Of a DNA stretch of 64,000 nt, positions 26,126-39,714 are shown one piece after another. The translations under genes were made by a program, and so were the position numbers. The notes below the pieces were generated by a model. It saw nothing but the letters and a program-made list of their open reading frames with translations. It did no database searches and was not told where the DNA came from. Position 1 is the stretch's first letter. Every line of letters starts with the position of its first letter. Source of the DNA: Camelus ferus (Eukaryota); NCBI RefSeq assembly GCF_009834535.1, contig NC_045696.1:81594001-81658000 (forward strand), written 5' to 3'.

Positions 26126-28305
26126 CACCTTACCAGTGGCTATTACTGTTATTGCGGAAACACACAAGCAGTTGAGAGGATAATGCTTCCCTATTTCTTG
26201 TCTCCTTTCTGTATGATTGTTATTTTTTTGGAGGTCAGCTATTAGAGTATAATGAGATGACAACTGAGTTTCACACTAAATCCAAAGATAGAAGAGTTGG
26301 ACCTTCCTCCCCATGTTCCTTAAAGCACAATTCATGTGTTAACTTGTCTGCGATGCAGTTCTTCCTTCTCTTATGTTTCCTTAGCTGGCTTTTAAAATTT
26401 TGCTTCACCTTTATTGTGACACTTTATAGGCTGACTGTTCCGTGCAAAAATAATAATATTGGGATTTATGTTAAGCTTCAAGGGGCACTTGGAGGAAGTG
26501 CTGGTTCTAGCATCTTTTGAAAAAAATCAATATTTAAATAACCAAGTTGAAAGTACCATCCTAAGTTTGTCAGTGCCAATATGAACCAGCTAGTTACCTC
26601 ACAATTTGGAAGGGGTGACTATAAAACAATCAGAAAAAGTCAACCTAATTTAAACCTTGCACAGCTCCCCAAACTACAAGCTACAAAGCGAGAGAACAAT
26701 AGAAAACAGTTGTGGTTTAAGTAAGGGTCAGCAGCGTGAAGCTGTTTTTGAAATTTTCAGGATCCAGAGGAGGACCAAAAATGAAGAAATTAATAAATAT
26801 TAACCTTTGGTAGCATACATATGTAGGGCAATATCAAGTTATAAAGAAGAGGTGATCTAAACATTGAAGAGTATCAAGATGTTAGATATGGTCCAGAAAA
26901 GAACAGCAAAATTAAAAAGAAAATATAAAAAACAGGAGAAGGGACAAGGAGAATAAGAGACAAGGTGAGAAGAGGAGAGCATTGGCATTTTAGATTCTAC
27001 ATAAAGAATTTCTCAATAGAAAAGGGTAACTTTTGTGAAATGGATGGAACTGTCTCCTCAGATGCTTTGAAGACCACAAGGATGGGCACAAAAGGACCTC
27101 ATATAGTCCCCTGGAGTGCTGTGATTCCATGAGGTTTGGCTTTCTGGCTGGTTCCCCTGAGCGTATATATCTCTCCCTAAAAATGAAAAATTTAAACCTT
27201 GCAGCTTGAGTGGCCAGTGCATTCTTCAGAGAACTCAAATCAGATTCTGGCTTTCTCACTCTGTGGTCCTCATTCAATTACATTTGTCAAGCAGCCAACC
27301 AGACCCTGTAAGAGTGGAAACAATGGGGAAGCTGAAATAGCCACAAGGGTCTCTCCAACCAATCTGAACTTTATGTCAGGTTCCAGATGATTCAGAGTAC
27401 AAACGGTACACAACAGGAAAACAATGTATTTGTTATCCCGTTGCCCAAGGATGTATGGTTCACCTGAAAGTTTTATATTGCGTTGTTTTTCATTTTTCAT
27501 TTCTGTGTCCAGTGAAGAGCCATGTGGACACCATGGCAGAGCCCAGGGAAAGGGCCAAATTACCATGGGTGAGAAATGGGACGTGACTTAGTTTTGAAAT
27601 GTTAAAGGATCAATATTTCTTGCTGAGAGTGGTTCCTGCTTCCTTGGAGTGGAAAGTGTGACTGACCGGTATACCTTGGGATGAAATATCATACGAGGGA
27701 AATAACAGGATTGGATTCATGGCTGACTGCTTGTCCGATTAGGATGGATGGCACCACGATGCATGCTCAGGTATCTGCGGTACCACTGAGCTCATAAAGA
27801 AATCTAGCTTGCTATTTTCAACAATATCCCCTGGAGTGCAATAAAATAACCACAGGCACTGTGCTTCTGAAAAAAGGTGATTCCAGCTGTGACTGAGAAG
27901 TTGCTGTTGTATAACACTCTCCCCAGTACTAATTGAAAAATAATCTGTAACCCCAATTTATACAGTGGTATTTTTAAAAGAAATTCCTCTGTGCTTAAGA
28001 ATCTTTTTTCCTGCTACCAAGCTCAGAAGCTGCCCTCCCTCTTGTTCTCTTCATTTATGCCTCTTCTCCCCGACCCCACAGCTTTACAAACACCATTCTC
28101 CTCTACCAGCTGCTCCATGCTCTCACCGTGCCTCGGCTAGTGGCTCTCATTTCCTTTTGTGGTCTCATTACCTGTCAAATCAAGCTCCCCACGGCACTAA
28201 GATCCAAGCTTAAAGTGATTTGGAAACCAAGCTTGTTTTTCCACAAGGGAAAGATACTTGCTGAAATAACCACGTAAGACTGGGTCTCTTTGAAGACTGC
28301 TTTTT

Positions 28306-28443
28306 TTAAAATTAAATTTTACTTTTTTGGGGAGGGGCGTAATTAGGTTTTTATTTACTTATTTTTAATAGAGTTACTGGGGATTGAACCCAGGACCTTG
28401 TGCATGCTAGGCATGCACTCTACCACTGAGCTATACCCACCCC
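28306..28443 (-). mobile_element. vic-1-like SINE
   Basis: A/B boxes; TSD TGAAGACTGCTTTTT / TGTAGAGTGCTTTTT (13/15). Confidence 0.9.
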
Positions 28444-28869
28444 TGTAGAGTGCTTTTTATTAAATGATTAGAGTGAATTTTACTTCCTGCCTGCAGTCAA
28501 GGTCGAAGAATCCCTTTGTATGTTGCCTCATCACCTCTGTTTTTCTGCCTAATCTGAAAATAATAGCCCGACCCTGGAGTGTTTCTCTCTCTCTAGTGTC
28601 TGTTTGCAGACGGTCATCCATCCCCCTTGCGTCCTAACTCCCTGGTGACTTATTTAGCTCTGTGTGTTGGTAAAGCTATTTTCCTAAGGAGAAATGCAGC
28701 TGCACACAGAGAGTGGCCAAGCAGCTTTATGTAGACTTTGTTTATTGACTGCACCACTTTGTTTCTAGGAAGATCCTATGATCAGTATTCAGATCATCCT
28801 CTGGGATGTCTCATCCCTGGGCCAATGGCTTTACCTACCAGGGAAATAGGAAGGCACATCGGTTTCTTC

Positions 28870-29265
28870 CCTCTGAGCTTAACAGTGTGGGATCAGGAAA
28901 AGATGCTTAACCCCACTAAGCCTTACTTTCCTCATCTGTAAAATCTACACTGTGTGAAGATTAAATAAGATGATGTGGTTGGAGTGACCAGCCCAGTACT
29001 TAAGAGTTCTTCATAATGTAGAGGAAGAACACAAACTGCAGCTGGACTGTCCTTTCCAAATTCCCCCTCAGGCTCTCACTGTATGTGTCAGTTAGGGCAA
29101 GGCAACTAACTTTGTGCCTCTGCTTGCTAATCTGTAAAATGGGGCAGTAATTGAATCTATCTTATAGGGTTGTTGTAAGGATTAAATTAATGAATGAAAA
29201 CTGCTCATAACAGTGCTCAGAAGAGCATGCATGACAAGCACTCTAAAAGTGTTTGCTATTATTAT
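28870..29265 (+). mobile_element. Two tandem MIR fragments
   Basis: TTTCCTCATCTGTAAAAT and ATCTGTAAAATGGGG...GGGTTGTTGTAAGGATTAAAT cores. Confidence 0.75.
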
Positions 29266-30329
29266 CAGGAAACATTAGTATTATTCCAGCTATTGAAATA
29301 AGTTGTGGCTTTGAAAACATTGTCCTGAAAAACTATAAAGTCAAAGAGAAGTGGCAAAGATTTCATCTTTGGTTAAACATAGAATAAGATGTTTCCTTAT
29401 TTATTTTGACAAAAGGAAATAGAAAATTCAGAGATGCTGCTGTCTTGGGGAGACCCTCTGGGAAAGAAAGAAGTCCTAGGTAATCTGGTTGTTTTCACAT
29501 TCCCTGGGGAGCCTACTGGTCCCCGGAAGACCCGCACAAAGGGGGAACTCTGACCTCATGATGGCACAAAGCTGCTTTTTAAACCTGGAAAGACAGAGTG
29601 AAAGGGGTGATTATGAGGGGTAATACTTCCCTGCAGGGAGAGAACTTAATAAAGCTGGAGGTCACAGGAGACCATCTTCAATACTCATTAGCAAATCAGC
29701 GTTTACTAATTTTTAAGAGTGGGATCACTTCAAAGCATGGTGGGGAATTATATGTTGAGGCCAGCACAACACTTGCTGATGAGGTTTGAAAGACCACACA
29801 TAACTACTTTATGCCTTCTTAAGGCCTTTGCTAAAGCTTATCTGTGCCAATTATTTTGTTTCCCTCTATGTTAAAACCCTTGGAAGAACCTATAACCATT
29901 GTTGAGAGATGCATGAGCCATGTCATACACATGAACAATGAAAGGTTTTCCTAAACCTACATGTAATTCTGTGCAGCTTTTTAAAACACGTGCCCAAAGA
30001 ACAATCATTAGAGCGGTGTCAGGTGAACAATGCATGAAGAGTCTTCTGGCTCAAGGACAAATCACTTTTCTGAATTTTAGTTTCTATTTCCCCTGCTTTC
30101 CCCAGAGGATTATGGTGGACACCATACAAGATGAAGAGTGTGAAAAAAAACTCTTTTTAAATGCAACAGTGGTATTAATGAAAAGATGTTATAAATATAA
30201 ATGTACAAAGCAGAGATCAGGAGAAGCAGGATGAGGAGGAAAGAGAGAAGGGCATTAATGGGAAAAACAGGGGGTGAGATGTGAGGAAAAAATCAGTTTT
30301 CAAGACATTAACTTCAGGCACAAGAAGAA

Positions 30330-31400
30330 AGCAGTCCAGATGTTACAAACATTTGGCAAATGAACAACAATGGAAGGAAGCTTAAAGTAAATCGTGTATA
30401 AGCATAAGATGGATGGCTATCTGAGTATGAAAAGTTATGCTTATGTAATATTTGAATGGCATGGAAAATACTTATGATACAATGCTGATCAAAAGAACAG
30501 GGCATTACGTTGCATGTAGAGAAAATGAAGCCGATTGTGTAAGAAAAGTATCAAAAGTATGTAGCTGTTGTGGAAAGCAGTATGGAGATTCCTCAAAAAA
30601 CTAAAAATAGACTTAGCATATGATCCAGCAATTCCACTCCTGGGCATATATCCGGAGGGAACTTTAATTCAAAAAGACACATGTACCCCAATGTTCCCAG
30701 CAGCATTATATACAATAGCCAAGACATGGAAACAATCTAAATGTCCATCAACAGATGACTGGATAAAGAAATTGCAGTATATTTATACAATGGAGTACTA
30801 CTCAGCCATAAAAAAGAATAACATAATGCCATTTGCAGCTACATGGATGGATCTGAAGATTGCCATACTAAGTGCAGTAAGCCAGAAAGAGGAAGAAAAA
30901 TACCATATAATATCACTTATATGTGGAATCTTAAAAAAAAAAAGGTGAATTTATTACAAAACAGAAATAGACTCACAGACATAGAAAACAAACTTATGGT
31001 TACTAGAGGGGAAGGGTATGGGAAAGGATAAATGGGGAGTCTGATATTTGCAGATACATACATATATATATACATATATAAAATAGATAAACAACAAGTT
31101 TATACTGTATAGCACAGGGAACCATATTCAATAACTTGTACCTTATGGTGAAAAAGAATATGAAAATGAATACATGTATGTTTCTATATGACTAAAGCAT
31201 TGTGCTGTACACCAGAAATTGACACAGTAAACTGACTATACTTCAATAAAAATATACTAAAAAAAAAAAAAAAGACTGGGAAGAAATACAGCAAAATTGG
31301 TTGCCTCTGAGATGTGAGCAATTCAAGGAGATGGTTTTTATGTTTTTATTCTTTCTGAAAATTAAGGTTTTCTTTAGTGAACGTGAATCAGTTACTCAAA
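30330..31400 (+). mobile_element. Old L1ME-type 3' end interrupted by a young L1
   Basis: Degenerate L1 3' motifs on both sides (AAGACTGGGAAGAAATACAGCAAAAT). Confidence 0.55.
30566..31273 (+). mobile_element. Young 5'-truncated L1 with an open ORF2 C-terminus
   Basis: 126-aa ORF 30568-30948 [12 protein letters not shown]...YHIISLICG; 3'UTR and polyA. Confidence 0.95.
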
Positions 31401-31604
31401 TAAAGCAAAGGAAAGGCATGAGAAGAGCTAGGTCAGGGAGGCCCTCTGATCAAGAGGGCGTCAGAAAACACCCTGGCGCTTCTTTGGGCCTAAATGTGGG
31501 ATTTGTACTTGAAAGAGCCAACAAGCCCCTTGCTGCTCCACTTACTAGCTGTCTAGAGCGTTCATAAAGACAGCAACAACCACAACGACAATGACAGCCT
31601 TCAG

Positions 31605-31886
31605 TTTTTTTAAAAGTTGTAGTCAGTTTACAATGCTGTGTTAGTTTCTGGTGTACAGCATAATGCTTCAGTCATACAGGGACATACAGATACTCCTTTC
31701 ATATTTTCATAGGTGCCAATTATTTTGTTTTCCCCTATTTTAATACTTTTGGAAGGATACTGAATATAGTTCCCCAGTAGAAACTTATTGTTCAGCTATT
31801 TTATATATCACAGTTAGTATCTGCAAATCTCGAGCTCCCAATGTATCCCCCACCCCACTCCTGGTAACCACAAGCTTGTTTTCTAT
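31605..31886 (-). mobile_element. Young L1 3'UTR fragment carrying a foreign 43-bp insert
   Basis: Antisense of the same 3'UTR as 23150-23400; TSD core AGCCTTCA at 31596 and 31890. Confidence 0.88.
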
Positions 31887-31979
31887 AATAGCCTTCAATT
31901 GTGTGCTGCTGATCTAGAGCCAGAGAGCACTGAAAGGGCGTTATGTGCAGTAACTCATGAATCCTCACTGACATCCCAC

Positions 31980-32335
31980 TGTGGCCTTCTGCTAGGGCCC
32001 ATGTAACAAAGTGCCACCAGCGAAGTGGCTTAGACAACAAAAATGTCTTATCTCACACTTCTGGTGGCTGGAAGTCCTGAATCAAGGTGTCGGTAGGGTT
32101 GGTCCCTTCGGAGGGCTGTGAGGGAAGGGTCTGTTCTAGGCCTCTCTCTTTGGCTCACAGCTGGCTGTCCTTTCCCTGTATCTCCTCACATCATTTCCCC
32201 TCTATGTGTGTATCTTTCTTTTCACATGGTGTTCTTTTTATGAGCACATTAGTCACGCTGGATTTGGGGCCTACTCTACTCCAGTATGACATTATCTTAA
32301 CTCATTGCATCTGCGATGATGCTGTTTCTAAACTA
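31980..32335 (-). mobile_element. MaLR LTR (MLT1A/C-like)
   Basis: GTAACAAAGTGCCAC...GTGGCTTAGACAAC...ATCAAGGTGTCGGTAGGG. Confidence 0.8.
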
Positions 32336-33629
32336 CGTAAGGATGGATTCAATCTGCAAGTATTGCTCCAGGAGTCTACCTGTCTATGTCTAGTTTATAC
32401 CTCAAGATGCCTCGTACCTGACAGGTTTTACCCCTTTAAACATGGGGTTCGCATACTCTAACTCTGTACAGGGTCAGGATACAAAGAAGCTGGTGCTAGA
32501 GCCCCTGAGGCGTCAGCGAGGCTGAGCTGTTGGTGAGTGAGTGGGAGGAGGTGTTCACAGGAGCAGAGCCCAGATCAGGGACCAGCACTGCAGCACAGCC
32601 GTGGTGATGAATTTCAGGCATTCTCGTGTTTATCACATTTGAGGATTATTTGTCTGGTACAAGAATTTGGCTGGGAGACCAAATGGGCATTACCAGGAGG
32701 TGTGGCCACAACTGGCCAGAGCTTCACTGGTTAGCGTTTAGTGGACCTGAAGTGATGTTTGGAATAGGTTTAGAAATAAATGAAGAGGTCGAACAGACAT
32801 TGTTTTCAAGAGAATTCTAATCTAGAAGCTTCGCAGACGTGCCCTCATCAGGCCCTCTGTGCCTGCTGCCTCCCTGGGAAAGTCCCTGCCTCCTGAGGTG
32901 GCCAGGCTCTCCCCCACAGCTGAGAACTGCCCACCGAGGGCCACGTGGCAAAGGACGGATGACCACCTCACTGACCAGGGCAGGGTCACCTGCATTACGA
33001 TGTCCTGTGGATCCTTCAGGCCCTGGGGCCAGATGACCAGGGCCCATGCGCCTGAGTGGAAAACCAGAGCCTTGTGTCGTGAGAATTTGCACGGCCAATC
33101 TCATGCAGTGTCTGACCCAACTCTAGGGAACCTCTGAAAACCTTGCAAGTTGTCACGATTTGACCATTTGAGTCACAAGTCTTGAGTGGGATCTTAGAGA
33201 TTTCGGGCGGGGAAGCCCTTCTGAGATCATCAAGTCCCCTCTTTTTACAGATAAGGGAACGGATACCCATGAAGCACTGCAGGGTAGTTTATTGCAAAAT
33301 TAAGGCCAGAGGAGACATCCCGGGACACCCCAACCCACACTGTCCAGGAGGCCTGGGCTGGAAAGATGCCTACGCTTGAAGGCTGCTCAGGTCGTTTATT
33401 TTATCTACGTGAAAGCAACTTTCCCTTTGCACACTTCAGTCAGGATTTCCTTGGCTTTCTATGCCTGCTTCCTCATCTGGAAAATGAGGGGTAATAAATA
33501 GGAACTACCATAAGACCAGGGAATTAGCTGATTAATTAAAAGTACTTGGAATTGTTATGGGCACATGGAAAAAATTCTCAGTATATGGGATGCTGTTATG
33601 GTTATTAATATTATTGCTGTAATAACCAT

Positions 33630-34070
33630 TATGATAATTTCCTAGCACTGCTGTAACAAAGTACCACAAATTGGGTGGCTTAAAATAACAAAAATTTGTT
33701 CTTTCACTGTCCTGGAGGTTAGACGTCTGAAATTAAGGTGTTGGTGGGGCCACGCTTCTTCCAAAGCCACCAGAAGATCCTTCCTTGTTCTCTTCTAGCT
33801 TCTGGTACCTCTAGGTGTTCCTTGGCTTGTGGCAACATAACTCCAGTCTCTACCTCTGTCTTCCTGTGGCTGTCTTCCCTGTGTCCATGATTCTTCTCTT
33901 CTTTTAAGGATGCTGGTTATATTGGGTTTAGGACCCATCCTAAACTACTCCAATCTCATCTTAACTAATTACATCTGCAAGACCCTATTTCCAAATAAGG
34001 TCACATTCACAGGTACCAGGGGGTCAGGACTGCAGCATATCTTTTGGGAGAATATAATTCAGCCTATCGC
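33630..34070 (-). mobile_element. MaLR LTR (MLT1C-like)
   Basis: CTGCTGTAACAAAGTACCACAAA...CCCTATTTCCAAATAAGGTCACATTC. Confidence 0.85.
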
Positions 34071-35859
34071 AATCATTAGCATTGTCAAATAAGCAAATCT
34101 GAAAATGGGTATTTTCATGTGGGTCATCACTTCTTTCTTGTGATAGCCCTGGACAGAACGGTCTCAGAACTTGCCTGTACTCATTTCAACCAGAAAACGA
34201 TTTAGGTGCCAGGCATGCAGAAATCTCAGATCTGCTGGAGGGAAAAGAAAAGAGGGTTCTTTCATTTGTGAAGAAATTGCAAAGCCAACACATTAATGCA
34301 ACTCTCTTGTTTTCATTAAAAGAAGCTATGAAGAAGGCCAGAGTTCATCAGTAGAGTGGTTTCATTATGGCCATTTATTTCTGACCAGCAATTTCTTAAT
34401 ATTCTGAGTTTGCATAGCTAATTCCTCCAGAAGTTTCCAAGGGGGAGAAGATAATAAAAGTTGAATAAAATGATGACTGTGGCACTCCATGTATATCTTT
34501 CCCCAGTATTGAGACTTCCCAGGACAATTTGTCCTCATAGTGCATTCAGAAGAGGATGTGATAAGAAAAATGCAGACATACATGCACATGCATATAATCT
34601 GATACATATATGTGTGTGTGTGTGTATATATATATACATGTATACATTGCTTATATATGCAAAGGATGAGTAGTTATCATTGCTCCCCAAATTGATCTAT
34701 TATTTGTCATTGACAATGTAAGTGTAAGAATTCAAATGCTACCAATAAATTCTGAGGGAAATAAGTAAATAGGAAAAAGAATTCTGTAACATTTGATGAT
34801 GGTTTGAAATCCCCACTTTTACTTGGCAATGTGTCACGAGCTCCTGCCAAATGACTCGAGAATTGTGGGCCATTTTCCCCACTTGTTCTCTGTCACAAAC
34901 ATCATAAATTAGTCATTATTTCATTATTTCTCTGGCTACTACTAAAATCTTGTTACCCTACTCAACTGAAAGAATTATGGAGATCTTATTTTTGTCTGAA
35001 TTCATGAGCTTTGGGCTGTTCATTATTTTCCTGTGAGTCATTTTGAAACCCAGGACGCTACTCAAGACCTCAAATTACAGTGATTTTATGCACTATTGTT
35101 TGGTTTCTTCCACATGGAGAACAGATTCTAATGTGGATCTAATTGAGTTAATATAATAAGTGCACTTCTCACGTGAGCAAGTCCCTGGTGGGCTGCTGCT
35201 TTCTCTTGGAACATGAATCACAGGTTAGGAAGTCTATAAATACCAGAGCAAATTTGCTTGTGCATCTAAAGGAGGAAAGATATCTTGTCATATCTTATTT
35301 TATATTCAAAATTCCTTTTCACTGAAGGCATGATATTTACTTTCTAAATCTTTGGCTGGTAGTAGATTTCTGAGTACCTTCTCCCAGTAGAAAGCTAAGT
35401 GAGCTAAAAGGGACGACAAGATAAACGATAATGCAAACTGGTTTTGAGTTTCATCCAAACTATGTTTTCAAAACATCACGCAGGAGTTTGCATTTCATAC
35501 TGATTTCTATGTTTTTACGTTAACGGTTTGCTCATTACTGAATCTTGCTCGTTCAAACTGAACAAGCAGCAGTGACAGGTAGGAATGACTCGGTTCTCTC
35601 TCATCTTCTAAAAATGGCTTCAGGCAAAATCTCATTTTTCTTTTCCACTTTCCAGACGAAATCAGAGAGTGGGACGGCACCTGTTCCAAAAGGAGGGCCG
35701 CAGCACGAGGTCCCTGGGGGAGCCCAGTCATCCTGATGCGAGTCTGCAGCAGCCCCGTGTCTTGTGGGGCAGCAGGAGCTCCAGGCAACTGCTACCAAGT
35801 TTCCCCCCTTCCCACCTGACCACCATGCTACTTTCACTAAGCTTCTGAAGCCCCTTTAT

Positions 35860-35975
35860 CACCATGCATTGATTTATTAACCAACATTTATTAAGTGTCT
35901 GTTGTGTGCCAGACACTGCTCCCGGTGATAGGGATCCAAACATACTGTCTTTATTCTCAAAGATGACCTCTGTTG
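35860..35975 (-). mobile_element. L2 3' end
   Basis: CAACATTTATTAAGTGTCTGTTGTGTGCCAGACACTG. Confidence 0.75.
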
Positions 35976-36959
35976 ATCTCTTCATCCCTTGGGGCTCCTA
36001 GAATACTTAGGCATTAAGCCCTTAACACCCTAGTGAGCCCATTCTGGGTCCCCTAGAACTGAAAAAAATCTAAGGGAATGAGTTTTTAATGAGATTCCTA
36101 TTTTCCAATCTGGCTTTGGGATGCAAGGGAAAGATTCGGAAGAGGAGTGGGGGCGGGGGGACACCAACATTCCTTTGCCCAGCTCATTGCATCATCCACA
36201 ATCAGCCTTGCCTGTGGGCACAGTAATATTTGCGAGTGGCTGGTGTCATTCTGAGTCTCCAATGTCTGTGTTGCTCGGTCAGCTTAAGTCTTCTTTATGT
36301 CTGCTCATCAACAACCAGAGAAAGGAGGGACCATGCCTTCTATTTATTTGGAATCTGCATAAGGTATTATGTACCCAGTAGGTTTCAAATACATGCTCTT
36401 AGGAAACATGTAAGTGTGTATTACTGATTCATCATCACCGAGCTTGTTCTCAGTGTGAAGGTACAGATGGGTGTTAGCACCAGCTACTTCAGGGAGAGCT
36501 TCCCTCCTGTTCCCTAAATGGCTCTGGTAAACACCAGCTTATCCAGCCCCAGGTCTCTCTTTTACACATTCGACTCACCTTGCTCATCACATCGTCAGAG
36601 CTGTCATAACCTCTGGGGCAGTTCAAAAATTCTGCATGAACCACCACTAAGTGCAAGGCAAGGCACACAATACAAGTTTAGAAGGTATCTGGAGTTGAAA
36701 CCAATGTTCCAAGAGAACTCTTAGGAGCTCCTTCTGAGATTCAGACCCTGTGAGCATGGCTTACTCTAGGCTCCCTCTAAAATACATGCAACTCTGCTCT
36801 CCTTCCTCCTCTCCCCTGCACTGCTCTGGAGAGCATGCTCGGTGCTGTCTCCTGAGTGACTGGAGTTTACCTTCTTGATAACATTCCCCTGCTGCTGTTT
36901 GAAACAAATGGAAACAAGTATATGGGGCCAAGAGGCCAGCCAAGAGGTGGTCCTGTGTC

Positions 36960-37175
36960 TAGGTCACAGGTTCAGACTCTGGGGTTAGGCAACCCTGGCT
37001 GCAAATTCAGACCCTCACTTTCCAGCTTTGTGATTTTGGACCAATTAGGAAACTTCCTTAGTGCTCATTTCCTGATCTATAAAATTGGGGTAACAGAACT
37101 GAGTACCTCATCGGTTCATGAAATGAATAACAAGTGTTTAGCAGAGACCCTGGCACAGAGCAAGAAGCGAAGTAA
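36960..37175 (+). mobile_element. MIR
   Basis: CAGACTCTGGGGTTAG...CATTTCCTGATCTATAAAATTGGGGTAA. Confidence 0.75.
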
Positions 37176-39037
37176 AGTTTCTCCAAGACAACTCTTCTGA
37201 GCACTCCTTTCATATGCTTCCTGGGATCCATCCTGGCCTTTTCAACCTTTTGTAGTTTCTGGAATCCCTGTTCTTGAGGGTCTCCTCTGCTTGGCAGCCT
37301 CTGCCATTCTCTGTCTTACCCGTTGCTCCAAGTGGAGGTACTGACTCTGCTGTACCCCACCCTGAAGCTCCAGTTCCCAGGAATGAATGTTCCCAACCAG
37401 CACTTCAATGGGCAGAAGCCTTTGGAGGAAGACCTGGGAGTCAAAGGACCTGTGACCCCAGCTCCCTCTTCACCAAGCTCCTCCTAACTGGTTAAAGGTG
37501 GCCTGACTGAGTTGATAGAATTATTTTGCTTGATTACAAGTTATAAATGTGTTTTGATTTTATAGGTATCGAGAGCTATACTCATAACTCATATACTTTG
37601 TTCTTATTTAGGTAAGATATCATAAAAGTAGTTCAAGTGAATGCTGGTGACTTGTAATAGAATCCCTTGAAAGGATTCTATGCATTTTGTAAGATGAGAA
37701 AGACTAGTTTACAGGACTAACATTACAGTATTTTGAACCTTGTCTATGAAATGTATAACAAATCAGTATCCAGTACAGTGAATTTACATAGTATCTATGT
37801 AAATGCCTATTAGATTGCAAGTTTTTTGAAAAGCAATGGGATAATACTTGTTTATGTCTTTTCTACAGTGCCTACCACTGAGCTTTGCCTATAACATGTC
37901 CTCAGTAAATACCTCAATCATACAACAAATACGAAACATCTGCCTTGCAGGAAGCATTCTGTAAGGCTGCGAGGAACACCAGGATGAGGAGGACACAGGT
38001 TTGTGGTCTGAGAGGACAAGCGATACCTAAACAGCCAACTACAGTACTCAGCAGAAGGGGAGAATGATCGGTGGCGCCGGAAGTAGCAAGTAAGTGCTGG
38101 AGGTCTGGAGTAGGAGCAAGTGCTCCTGGCTGGAGACCTCAATGAAGCTTCACGGAAGAGGGGGCATTTGAGCCAGGACTTGAAGGAGATGTAAGATTTG
38201 GACATGGTGAGATGGTGCAGGAAGACTTTGTAGGCAGATATGACAGCCTGATCCAAGGCCAGAGAGCAGAGAGCACATGAGGGGCGTGGCCAGGCCTCTG
38301 ACTTGGCAGTAGGTATGCTAAGTAGGAGATCAAGTTGATAAGGTCGACTGGGGTCAGATCCTAAAGAGCTTGAGTGCCAGGCTGTGGGGAGTTTTTCATG
38401 GAAGATTTCTGACTAAGTGAACAACATGAATGAATTATCCTGATCATTTTCTCAGCAGAGAACAAAGATCCTGATGAAAGATAATCTGGAATCATGAAGT
38501 TTTGGAGGATGTGATAAAACGGAGGTAGAGGATTTTTCTGGGATCTCCGACAAGGGCCAGAGAGAGTTTCTCAGGTGCTCCTGGCCTCCACGACACTGAG
38601 AGCTGAAGCCATACGTTTTATCCCTTAGTCATCCACACTAGTGTGCTGTTTCAGCTCAGGTCAATCAAATCAGGGCACTTAAGGAGTACTGAGAGCCTCG
38701 AAGTCCAGGCTAGCTGATAGAATGAGTAAGTCTTTCTTTCTTAAAGATGAGTAAGACACAGTTTAGTCCTTGCTTTCAAACAGATTTCAGGGAAATAGGA
38801 GGAATAAGACAGCACTTCAGATGACTGTTGTTGAAGGCTTGTGCCCAAGGTAAAAATGACCCAGTGAACATGGAGCTGGCGAGTGAGAGGGGAAGAGACT
38901 GGGAGTGGAGATACTAGTGAGGACGTCAACTCAGCCCCTGTGGAAGGCAGAGTGAGGAACTAAATGTGAGGGCCACCAGCGGAAGTGGGAAAAAGAGACG
39001 GACGCTTAAAGGGTAGAATTAAAATGAACATGACTTG

Positions 39038-39136
39038 GAAACAGTCTCAGCTATCTGAAAGGCTGTCTCCCAGCCTTAAGTCCTCAGTCTGTCCACTGAA
39101 TAAAACATAATTTTCACAAACAAACCAAAAAAACCA
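39038..39136 (+). mobile_element. Short polyadenylated LTR-like retrocopy
   Basis: AATAAA 39099-39104, A-rich tail, TSD AACATGACTTG/AACAGGACTTG. Confidence 0.65.
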
Positions 39137-39714
39137 AACAGGACTTGTCACATCACTGGATGTTGGATGCACAAGAAGAAGGAGGAGTCCAAGATGACCC
39201 TGGTACTTTGGGTATTTAGATGGATGATGGTGCCACTATCTTGAAGCATGTTGGGAAACTGGGGTGGGGGGTTGATGATTTTGGACTATATGAGACATGA
39301 GTGTGACCAGATCATAAGTATCTTTACTCAGTGGTTTGCCCAAAGGAATAGGTTGTGTGGTGTTCACCTTAACAGCCCCAGCGCCCAGTATAATGCTCTG
39401 CACATGTTGTGGAGCTGATCGTTGAATTGAACTGCTTAGCCCTTGGATACACTGGTGTGGTGCTGGGGAGAGGGATGCTATTCCAAGACGTGAGAGTTGA
39501 GGAGGAAAAGTGTGGAGCAAAGAGGCAGAGGGCAGCACCTTACAAAGGGGGAGAGCCACACTGAAGATGCCGGAGGGAAGAAAAGCCCATGAAGGAAACT
39601 GAGAGGGATCCTTGCAAAGGAGAAGAGAACTGAGAAAACACAGGGTCCCAGAAACCTTGGGAAGAAAGGACTTCAAGAGTACGGGTTAGGAGACCGAAAG
39701 ACTAGCCTTAAAGA

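Noticed and set aside
32600..32755. C/D snoRNA candidate from GTGATGA
   Set aside because: No well-placed D box with a terminal stem
35630..35820. Plus-strand exon after a strong acceptor (AG 35654-35655)
   Set aside because: No good donor nearby and no recognisable peptide in any frame
37800..38000. Tail-to-tail L2 junction as a miR-28/151-type hairpin
   Set aside because: The two arms are too diverged to form a long stem by eye
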